DNA of 64,000 bases, from the IMG/VR virus record IMGVR_UViG_3300032431_000003, positions 1 to 64,000 of that record; one strand, 5' to 3'. The position numbers and the translations under genes are program-made. Numbering within the stretch: position 1 is the first letter of the stretch; the number at the start of each line of letters is the position of its first letter. The notes under the pieces were generated by a model. That model saw only the letters and a list, made by a program, of their open reading frames with translations. It searched no databases and was not told the origin of the DNA. Below, one piece after another: positions 56,427 to 63,999 of the stretch. This stretch comes from a virus.

Positions 56427-56744
56427 CTATCTTCTTCGTGGAAGGGCTTTTCGCCCAACCTTGTCGCTGCTCATCCCTCTCACAGCCGCCCTAACGTCGG
56501 GGTCTATCCGAAGTATTGGTCCCCCAGTCCGATTCCACCGCTTAGCCGCCGCTTGCGTTGCACCTGTCTTATACCCTTTCTTAAAGTCTTTCTTAGCTTT
56601 CCTAGCCTTCATCCCGGCTAGACGGGCGTAACTCTTGGCTTTTCGACCAACTCCGCTAAGCGCAGCCCTACCTCTGTCTAGCAATCCGAATTCCGCTTCG
56701 GGGTAATACATTTCGTAAGCTGCATCTAATAATGTGTAAGCCAT
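56427..56744 (-). CDS. Leader-cargo basic protein (MAYTLLDAAYEMYYPEAEF), paralog of 56060
   Basis: AAGGAG RBS; tandem duplicate. Confidence 0.85.
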   Translation of the reverse strand: MAYTLLDAAYEMYYPEAEFGLLDRGRAALSGVGRKAKSYARLAGMKARKAKKDFKKGYKTGATQAAAKRWNRTGGPILRIDPDVRAAVRGMSSDKVGRKALPRRR

Positions 56745-56770
56745 TCGTGGTCTCCTTTGTTTTGTACTTA

Positions 56771-57829
56771 TTAACGTTTGCCAGGTCGAAATGTCGAAAG
56801 AGAAGACGAACCCAGGGTTCTTGCCGTTACATCGACAGTTTTCTTGCCAGCGGGAACGCTAGATTCCTTCTTCCTCAGTGCATCTCGATACCTTGCACCT
56901 TGAATTAAATTGTGTCCTGTCTTGTACAGTCCCAACGCAAGTACCGTAGAGCGGATGGGGTTTTGAGCCATAGTCTTGAGTTCTCGCCCTATCACCCGAC
57001 CAGCGGCTCCGGCTCCCCTTCTCAGTCCTCGACCAGCTCTTCTTCCCCCAATCTTCGCTTTCCTCAAGACTCTAGATTCCGATCTCTTGAAGTCAATTAC
57101 TGAAGATCGGGATCGAAGTCTTCGTTGATTAAATCGAACGACTCCTCCTCTACTAGCTCGAAAACCAAGCCATCTTTTCCGAGTGGCTATATCTCTAGCA
57201 GCCTTCTCTTTAGCCCAGTTCTTGCCCTTCTCGATTGCACTACCTGCCACCTGGGAAGCCTTACTAGTCAACTCTCTTCTTTTTGCTATGTCCTCTTCGG
57301 CAATTCCCTTGAGTGCTTGCTTGACATTCTTTAGAACAGGCTTCGCTTTTCTTCTCACCAGTCGAACACCAGCTTCAACTCTCTTGCTTTTCTTTTGAGT
57401 CCAAATCCCGACATTCTTCTTGACTCCTTTGACGGTCTGAACAGCCTGCCCTGTTAGCTCTTTTCTCTTCGCAATGTCCTTGGTAGCTCTGTTGTTGCCC
57501 CAGTCTTTTGCCTTTTGGATTTGCTGATTGGTTTGCTTCTGGACTTGTTGATTGGCTCCCACAGGGATACCCTTGCCGAATTCCTCTCCAGCAGTATTAA
57601 ACCCCTGCTTTACCCTTTTCCCCGATTCATTCTTGATGGCGGAAATAGTTGCCCCAATTTTCTTGCGGTTCAAGTAAAGCCCAGCGGCTCCAGCGGCAGC
57701 AAGGCGAGTCCCCATCCCTTTCTTTGTCCTGCCTATAGCAAGCCTGCCTATCCGCTTTAGTCCAGCCCTAACTTTGCCGGACTTAAATTCAATTCTGTCG
57801 GGGGTAATGTCACCCATTACTACTAGCAT
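56771..57829 (-). CDS. Large basic protein with ..PDRIEF leader and internal DIAKR repeats
   Basis: Starts right after protease stop; very K/R-rich. Confidence 0.75.
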   Translation of the reverse strand: MLVVMGDITPDRIEFKSGKVRAGLKRIGRLAIGRTKKGMGTRLAAAGAAGLYLNRKKIGATISAIKNESGKRVKQGFNTAGEEFGKGIPVGANQQVQKQTNQQIQKAKDWGNNRATKDIAKRKELTGQAVQTVKGVKKNVGIWTQKKSKRVEAGVRLVRRKAKPVLKNVKQALKGIAEEDIAKRRELTSKASQVAGSAIEKGKNWAKEKAARDIATRKRWLGFRASRGGVVRFNQRRLRSRSSVIDFKRSESRVLRKAKIGGRRAGRGLRRGAGAAGRVIGRELKTMAQNPIRSTVLALGLYKTGHNLIQGARYRDALRKKESSVPAGKKTVDVTARTLGSSSLSTFRPGKR

Positions 57830-58762
57830 TTATCTAGCCCTCCGTCCCGAAGCCCTCTTCAGTATTTTGGCAAAATTAGCCAATTTACCTGCATTGGCGG
57901 ACATCTTTGCTTGAGACAAGTCTTGCTGCCTTGTGACGTAGCTAGGGTCTTGCATCCCACTCATTCCTGGGTAGCCATCGGGGGCATCTTCGCCACCATC
58001 TAATCCCAAGAGTTCAGCGAGACGATCCGAGAGACCACCAATGGCATCTTCGACAAGCATCGCTGGGTCTTCGCCCATCAAGGTTGATTCGTCTGCCTGA
58101 GAAATACAGGTAACAATCTCCCAGAATTTCTCAGTGATTTCTTCGTACTGTTCCTTGAGTTCGTCGATTTGGGTTTGCTCCTCTTCTGCATCATCCCAAG
58201 TCAGCGAAAAACGAGCATCACTGTTGTGCTGCCTGAAAATACTCAGTCCAACAATGGCTGGCTGAGGAGTTGCCGAGATTTCCTTGATAGTATTCGTAGC
58301 TACATCGATACCGGGAGAAAGAGTCTTGATTCTTCCCGACATTACCTGAGCTACAATATCTTCGCCCTTGGCTACTAACTGCCCAAAAGCTCCCAACTTA
58401 CCGACCAGCTTTCTTAGTCGGGGATTAGGAAGGTCATTTTCAGTAATGATGCGGATTTCCAACTCGCCTTCTAAGTCACCAATGTTGGCACTCTGAGTCT
58501 TGTCGTGGTCTTTTTGCCAAGGGATTCTGCCGCCAGCCCGAAGGAAGGCATTGGTTTTCTCAACTAAATCACGAAGTCTTTCTTGGGAGAAGGTGTGGGG
58601 TCGCTTCTGGGAGTCGTGGTGATTGCCTTCAATCATCAGCAAGGCTTCCTTGATTAGAACACCGTCTTCTTGGTCTTCTTCGGCAAAGCTGGCGGGAGTA
58701 AGCCCCAGTCCAAATGGGGAAAGAAATTCTAGTCGTTTTGACCGAGGTTTTGGTTTGGGCAT
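57830..58762 (-). CDS. Prohead maturation protease (Mu gpI-like / HK97-fold serine protease) with acidic C-terminal extension
   Basis: IPWQKDH, IG, IKTLSPGID, EISATPQPAIVGL. Confidence 0.8.
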   Translation of the reverse strand: MPKPKPRSKRLEFLSPFGLGLTPASFAEEDQEDGVLIKEALLMIEGNHHDSQKRPHTFSQERLRDLVEKTNAFLRAGGRIPWQKDHDKTQSANIGDLEGELEIRIITENDLPNPRLRKLVGKLGAFGQLVAKGEDIVAQVMSGRIKTLSPGIDVATNTIKEISATPQPAIVGLSIFRQHNSDARFSLTWDDAEEEQTQIDELKEQYEEITEKFWEIVTCISQADESTLMGEDPAMLVEDAIGGLSDRLAELLGLDGGEDAPDGYPGMSGMQDPSYVTRQQDLSQAKMSANAGKLANFAKILKRASGRRAR

Positions 58763-58874
58763 TTTGGACAGAATAGAAGGTGCTCATTCCAGACTAATGG
58801 AGCTTAACTACCTTTTTCTTTAAGCCAAAATCCCTAGCATTACATTTTCGTTGTTAACTCTAGCTTTGTAATAA

Positions 58875-59105
58875 CTACTTCATCCGAGGTTTGGAAAGGT
58901 GCTTGAGAGTGCCTAGCCGAGGAATAACTCGACGATAGGAATTGGGTATCTTGGGCAAAGTATTCTTCGCTCTCGTCGCTGCCTTGCCTAGTTTCCTGAG
59001 ACGACCTCGAATATGCCCTGTCTTTTGGAGCTTTGTCATCCCCGTTGGCATCTGAAGCTCTGCGTATTTCGTTGCAAACTCAATGAGACTATTGTAGTGA
59101 TTCAT
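58875..59105 (-). CDS. Small basic protein with MNHYNSLIEF leader
   Basis: Composition and IEF motif. Confidence 0.6.
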   Translation of the reverse strand: MNHYNSLIEFATKYAELQMPTGMTKLQKTGHIRGRLRKLGKAATRAKNTLPKIPNSYRRVIPRLGTLKHLSKPRMK

Positions 59106-59164
59106 GGCTAAGCCCTTGCAGAGCGTATATTATGATAGTTGATATAAAAAACCCTTGATTTTCC

Positions 59165-59632
59165 ATGACACAGAAAACTGCAACTCGACGAGGTAAATTT
59201 GGACGACCCAACGGGATTAGTCATAACAGCTTTCTTGCCCTACTTCGACTTGAATCGAGGATTAGTCAGAAAGAAGTTGCCATAGCAACCCACGTCTCGC
59301 AGCCCCTGGTTAGCAATATCGAGAAAGGGAAAACCCCAGCAGACATATTATACTTATACAGACTAGCTGAACTTTATGCCGTTCCATCCTTCGGTGAATT
59401 TTGTGAGAAGTACCTCCAAGACCTCATTAGCCACCTTTCGCCGCAGTCTATCAAGGCAGCATCGGCGAAATATCAGTCAATCTCTCCGGCGCAGGGGAAT
59501 CATGAGCAGCAAAAACCCAGCCCGACCCCATCTGAGACCGAGGGCAGTCAGATTGACGAACGGCTCAATTCTGATAATCAAGCCCAGACCCCTTTAATAA
59601 AGAATGAAGACCTTCACCCCGCTATTTTCTAA
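59165..59632 (+). CDS. XRE-family HTH transcriptional regulator
   Basis: LRLESRISQKEVAIATHVSQPLVSNIEKGKTP..LAELY. Confidence 0.88.
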   Translation: MTQKTATRRGKFGRPNGISHNSFLALLRLESRISQKEVAIATHVSQPLVSNIEKGKTPADILYLYRLAELYAVPSFGEFCEKYLQDLISHLSPQSIKAASAKYQSISPAQGNHEQQKPSPTPSETEGSQIDERLNSDNQAQTPLIKNEDLHPAIF

Positions 59633-60590
59633 GCTACCAATTCCTTGCGCCCTGATTAACGAAGACAACGTAGTCACTATGGCTTCCGAAGCAGCTATAG
59701 AAATAGGATATTGTATTGGCAAAAAGATTGAGTCAGACTGGCTCGACAACTTTAACAACTTAAAAGAGACTAAAGGGAGGCTAGAGGTCTTTTGCAGCCA
59801 AAACTGGTGGCTCGTTCAATTAGAAAGAGTCGAAAAGGGGGTGGTGCTTATTGCCACGAACATCTCAAAGGAGAAGTCGTTAATCGAGGTACTAGAGTCG
59901 AGGAATCAAAAGCAGACCGATCTGGGTCGTCAAATATTCCATCACGATGCCATTACATTCCTTAACGGTATTGACTTTTGGGTAGAAGAGGCATCTGACT
60001 CATCCCCCGACAATAATGCAATAAAAAGAATAGGCAGCATATCCCTAGAGCTTCGGAATTTGATGGAAGGAAGTTCATATCTTTATGGGGCAGGAAAAAC
60101 TCCTCTGAGAGCATTGGTTCTCAAGGAGTTGGTTGAGCATGTACTGGAAATACTGGAACCTCGCATCAAGGAGAAGGAAGCAATTGTAACAGTGGAAGGT
60201 AATGGAACTATTGTTTGGGGTGATACGAATCGACTAGGGCGAGTACTGATGAATCTGATCTCTAATGCACTTAATTATCAACCTCTCAGGAAATCTCATA
60301 TCCCAGTCGTAAAAATATCAATAAAGCCAGAGTCAGAGCAGGGGCTTGTTACCTTAGAGGTGGAGGACAACGGAATTGGTGTGTCAGCAGAGTATCAAGA
60401 GCGGATATTCTCTCCGCTATCAAGGCTGCACGGGAGTCAGGATTACCCAGGTTCAGGGCTGGGGCTGGCTATTGTGGAACGGATTATATTGGAACACAAT
60501 GGAAGTGTAGGAGTATCCAGTGAAGGAGACGGATCAACATTTTGGATTAAAATACCAGGGCATCAGGCACGTTCTGCTAGTAGAGGATGA
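59604..60590 (+). CDS. Soluble sensor histidine kinase (PAS-like + HisKA + HATPase, Cph1-type kinase core)
   Basis: H box FHHDA, N box NLISNALNY, DNGIG, IFSP..RLH..DYPGSGLGL, GSTFWI. Confidence 0.9.
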   Translation: MKTFTPLFSKLPIPCALINEDNVVTMASEAAIEIGYCIGKKIESDWLDNFNNLKETKGRLEVFCSQNWWLVQLERVEKGVVLIATNISKEKSLIEVLESRNQKQTDLGRQIFHHDAITFLNGIDFWVEEASDSSPDNNAIKRIGSISLELRNLMEGSSYLYGAGKTPLRALVLKELVEHVLEILEPRIKEKEAIVTVEGNGTIVWGDTNRLGRVLMNLISNALNYQPLRKSHIPVVKISIKPESEQGLVTLEVEDNGIGVSAEYQERIFSPLSRLHGSQDYPGSGLGLAIVERIILEHNGSVGVSSEGDGSTFWIKIPGHQARSASRG

Positions 60591-60987
60591 CTTGAGTGCA
60601 ACTGAGATGGTTCGAGTTATTTTTGCAAGAATGCAGAATAGTTCAACGATCAACACCGTTCAACACTATGCACTCTGGGAAATAAACAATGGGAAAAGTG
60701 CCGTGCAGACTCTCAGGGAGATGCCTTTCGATCTAATACTTCTAGACATCTCGCTACCCATTATGTCTGGGTTTGAGGTCTTAACTCTTGTTAGGGCAAT
60801 GCACATTTATACTCCAATATTTATGTTTTCCTCGTCAAGCAATACCTTGGATGTTCACAAGGCATACGATCTGGGAGCCAATGGATTCATATTAAAATCC
60901 GAAGGAAGAAGGCAAATAGAACTTCGCATAAGGGCTGTTTGTGACTGTTATTTTAATTACTTACTACTGCCATGCCCTCTATATTGA
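60520..60987 (+). CDS. Single-domain response regulator (Rcp1-like)
   Basis: VLLVEDD, DLILLDISLP..GFEVL, FSSS..DVHKAYDLGANGFILK; GTG start with AGGAG RBS. Confidence 0.88.
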   Translation: MKETDQHFGLKYQGIRHVLLVEDDLSATEMVRVIFARMQNSSTINTVQHYALWEINNGKSAVQTLREMPFDLILLDISLPIMSGFEVLTLVRAMHIYTPIFMFSSSSNTLDVHKAYDLGANGFILKSEGRRQIELRIRAVCDCYFNYLLLPCPLY

Positions 60988-62072
60988 TTATCGATGACAC
61001 CCCCGAAAACTGTGAAGCTCTAGCGATGAATCTCGATGCCCTGGGTATGTCCAGTGAATCAAGGATAGTCGCTTACTCAATAGACAAAGGGCTGGAAGCC
61101 ATTCAAGAGTTCCCCAGTATTCGGACTATTTTGCTTGATCTTCGATTGCCGGGGATAAAGATGGGCGAAGTAGTCGGCAAGGTGCAGGAAGTGTTGGAAT
61201 TGTGTGGAAATACTAAGGCAGTCATCATTCCCATCTCAGTAGGATCAACGAACCCTTCCGTTGTCAATACCACGGAAATCGCTAATTCTATAACAGGCCC
61301 AAAAGCGTTGTCGAAAGTGCTGCAAATAGCCGACAACCATGTAGAGCAGAACATATCAAGGGAAGATAGGGAGGACATTCGAGGTGGGGCAACAAGGCTA
61401 GAGGGAAAGGTTGAGAAGATAGAAGCAATGCTCTTGGCTTTCAAGGAAGAAAACAGGGAGTTAAAACTTGAATTAAAGGAAGTCAAGTCCGTCTTGCTTG
61501 CGCTCAAGATGGTAGTAGATGATCCCCTACTTCTATGGAAGCTAATCCTTCGACACCCCGCAATTCAAGTAGCCGTAATAGCAATTGTTATCAGCAATAT
61601 GGATTCAATGTTCGAGGCGTGGCAGAAAGCCAAGAAACTTTGGGACTCAGGGGCAGAAAACACTAGCCATCTGTCTCGCAATGTTGTCGCCCAGTCCTTC
61701 AAAGAGCCTACCGTCGTCGAGTCCAATGACCAAAAACCCAACCTCGCAATTTACCGCAGCAACTCCACTTTCTTGCAGGGCTCCATCAACAATGGTGATT
61801 GGCGCAATCCGACTTCCCCGCTCTCCAGTTGTAATCTTGGCTGGATCGACAAGGATAAAGCGAGTGTCGGACAGAAATATCCGAACCTCGCCACTACCCT
61901 GAGCACACGATGCCATGTATTCATTGGGTACTTGGGAGCCAACAAGAGAAAGCAGCCTACCTCGATAACCTACGAGTCTTGCTTCCGAGCTTGGGGCGAC
62001 CCTCCGCATCTGATCTACGATACCGACGGCTCCTGTCCAGTTTTGGGAGCAAACGGCGACCTGAAGGCGTGA
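60972..62072 (+). CDS. Receiver domain + coiled coil + hydrophobic helix protein (3' end uncertain)
   Basis: ILIIDD, ILLDLRLPG; heptad RLEGKVEKIEAML..LKEVK; AIQVAVIAIVI. Confidence 0.75.
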   Translation: MPSILIIDDTPENCEALAMNLDALGMSSESRIVAYSIDKGLEAIQEFPSIRTILLDLRLPGIKMGEVVGKVQEVLELCGNTKAVIIPISVGSTNPSVVNTTEIANSITGPKALSKVLQIADNHVEQNISREDREDIRGGATRLEGKVEKIEAMLLAFKEENRELKLELKEVKSVLLALKMVVDDPLLLWKLILRHPAIQVAVIAIVISNMDSMFEAWQKAKKLWDSGAENTSHLSRNVVAQSFKEPTVVESNDQKPNLAIYRSNSTFLQGSINNGDWRNPTSPLSSCNLGWIDKDKASVGQKYPNLATTLSTRCHVFIGYLGANKRKQPTSITYESCFRAWGDPPHLIYDTDGSCPVLGANGDLKA

Positions 62073-62123
62073 ATTTAGATTCGACGTGTTGATCGATGCG
62101 AGTAAAACTAGCTCTGGAATCAT
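61647..62123 (-). CDS. Probable exported hypothetical protein, antisense to the 3' part of 60972..62072
   Basis: Hydrophobic N-terminus; AVCSQNW..A..IVDQM..YR.RL resembles cyanobacterial hypothetical proteins (recalled). Confidence 0.5.
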   Translation of the reverse strand: MIPELVLLASINTSNLNSRLQVAVCSQNWTGAVGIVDQMRRVAPSSEARLVGYRGRLLSLVGSQVPNEYMASCAQGSGEVRIFLSDTRFILVDPAKITTGERGSRIAPITIVDGALQESGVAAVNCEVGFLVIGLDDGRLFEGLGDNIARQMASVFCP

Positions 62124-63999
62124 GGGGAATGGTGAATGTGGCTAAGGTTTTTCTGACCAAGAACTGAGAGAGTCGATCACTTTGGGAGAATCCGATCTGG
62201 AGTAACCCAAGCTCTATTGATTCTAACTCAGTCCGCCGCCGACCAAGGAGAACTCGGACACCAGAGTAGTTCTTCTCCGAAACGTTGAGTGGACTATCCA
62301 CTTCGTCAATGCCCAGTATCCCTCTTAGCTCCGCCAAGGGCTTGCCCAACCTCGCTTCCGCCGCAGGGATTCCTCCTCGAAAACGATCAGGGTTGTCAAC
62401 GTAGCGGGGATTCGACAAGGTGATTCTAGAGGGAAAGGATAGTCCAGCCGCAGTGTCTTCGGTTACGGACACGTCAACTTGGAAGCCCGTCTTTACTCGA
62501 ATGTCTTCAACCTTGCTCAAGACTTTACCCCAAGCCTTGCCTCGAAGTCCTTCAAGTCTATTAACTTCGGCTATGGCTTTGTTTCGAGCAAAGAACAGTT
62601 CCAGTCCACCGCTTCTTTGAGCCGCAACGACAACATCGATCTCTCCTTGAGTTAACCTCTGAATATATTCATGCTCCGCAGAAGTAAGTTGACCACCCGA
62701 TACGTGCTTATTGATAATTCCAAGGGCGGACTTTTGATTCACAGAAGTCAATAATCCCCTATGAGCCAAGGAGGTAACTGTGTTTCGGTCTTGGCTAACC
62801 AGGCTACTTGCCTTTGTAGCCGACCTTGCCTGAGCTATGTTTTCCTTGAGTTCCGCCGTAGTCTTCGCTACCCCGCCAATGCTGACGGGCTTGGCTATCT
62901 CTGCTTCAATCAACCGTTTAGCCTCTTGAAGCTCAGTAATAGTCTGGCTTGATTTAGCCAAGTAAGTAGCTTGCTTCTTCTTGATCTCATTGCGAATCTC
63001 TGGCGCAACTTCGGTGTAGTAGTTCAGATGAGCGTCCCTCAGTCCCGTGGTCTGAATTGTCCCATCAGGTCTCCTGACTCCTTCGAGCCCTTTCTCAATC
63101 TTGGCAGCGTAATCATCGAAAGCTTTTAGTCCTGCCTGCTGGTTAGCAATCTCTTGAGCAAGAGCGGTGTCTGCCTTCTCTAGTAGTGGAGCAAGGTTCC
63201 TAGTCTTGGTGTCGTAATCAATGACCCTTTCTAAAGTAGGGATTGCCCCGACCTTTGTGACAACTCCATTGACTACTACTTCTTTTTCCAGCTTGTTTCT
63301 GACGCTCTCGAAGATGCGCCTACGAAAGGCGGCGGCACTCTCCGCACCGATAGCAGACTTACCTGCCGAGCCAAGTCCAGCAATGATTTCTGGATCGTTG
63401 ATCGTATCAATGACTCTTTGCATGTTACGAAACACGTAGTCAGCCCCTTCTGGTCCAGAGACAAGACTGAGCAAAGAAAGATTGTCGTTAACGGTTTTCT
63501 GGGCTGAAGACAAACCCATCGTTGCGGTTCTCTCAATGCCGGACAATTCCTCCTGGAATAAAGTCGTCCCATCCGTTCGGGGACGAAACTTGTCAAGAAC
63601 TGTCTCAGCGTTGGAATTAACTCGAACCCCTTCACTCTTCGCTAGCTCCCGGAGATTCTCTAGCGGCGGACTGATCCTCTGAAGAGCAACGTTTCTTTGC
63701 TTGTCATCCCCAAAAGTCTGCTTGTACCTCTTGGACTGGAGGGCAGACAAGTCACCTTTTTTCTTTGGCAATTTCTGTAAATCTTTCAGCATTGCCTTTA
63801 GTTGATCTCTCGAATTAGCTAAACGAGCCAATGTATCTGGCTGATTTGCTCTAGCCAAGCGAGAAATAGCTGCCTCAGTGGCCGCTAATTGAGAGTTGAT
63901 ACTTTGAACTAATGGAACGTCATCTAGCGAGGGAATACCGAAATCATTATTGCCAGAAGCCCTGATCTGCGCCCTGACCTCGCCAAGCTGAGAGTTCAT
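61957..63999 (-). CDS. Large helical protein, probably 5'-truncated by window edge; possible internal/minor head protein
   Basis: 680+ aa open to the window end, upstream of the head module. Confidence 0.7.
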   Translation of the reverse strand: MNSQLGEVRAQIRASGNNDFGIPSLDDVPLVQSINSQLAATEAAISRLARANQPDTLARLANSRDQLKAMLKDLQKLPKKKGDLSALQSKRYKQTFGDDKQRNVALQRISPPLENLRELAKSEGVRVNSNAETVLDKFRPRTDGTTLFQEELSGIERTATMGLSSAQKTVNDNLSLLSLVSGPEGADYVFRNMQRVIDTINDPEIIAGLGSAGKSAIGAESAAAFRRRIFESVRNKLEKEVVVNGVVTKVGAIPTLERVIDYDTKTRNLAPLLEKADTALAQEIANQQAGLKAFDDYAAKIEKGLEGVRRPDGTIQTTGLRDAHLNYYTEVAPEIRNEIKKKQATYLAKSSQTITELQEAKRLIEAEIAKPVSIGGVAKTTAELKENIAQARSATKASSLVSQDRNTVTSLAHRGLLTSVNQKSALGIINKHVSGGQLTSAEHEYIQRLTQGEIDVVVAAQRSGGLELFFARNKAIAEVNRLEGLRGKAWGKVLSKVEDIRVKTGFQVDVSVTEDTAAGLSFPSRITLSNPRYVDNPDRFRGGIPAAEARLGKPLAELRGILGIDEVDSPLNVSEKNYSGVRVLLGRRRTELESIELGLLQIGFSQSDRLSQFLVRKTLATFTIPHDSRASFTRIDQHVESKFTPSGRRLLPKLDRSRRYRRSDAEGRPKLGSKTRRLSR

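Noticed and set aside
55691-56744. CRISPR array suggested by recurring ~57-bp repeat
   Set aside because: Repeats are in-frame coding leaders separated by hundreds of bases of ORF; no cas genes
54195-56744. RiPP/bacteriocin precursor cluster
   Set aside because: No modifying enzyme, double-glycine site or peptidase-transporter nearby; head-module context and motif sharing with protease/scaffold fit capsid cargo better, though not formally excluded
59604-60590. Phage-encoded phytochrome photoreceptor
   Set aside because: Only about 100 aa precede the H box; no GAF/PHY chromophore-binding region
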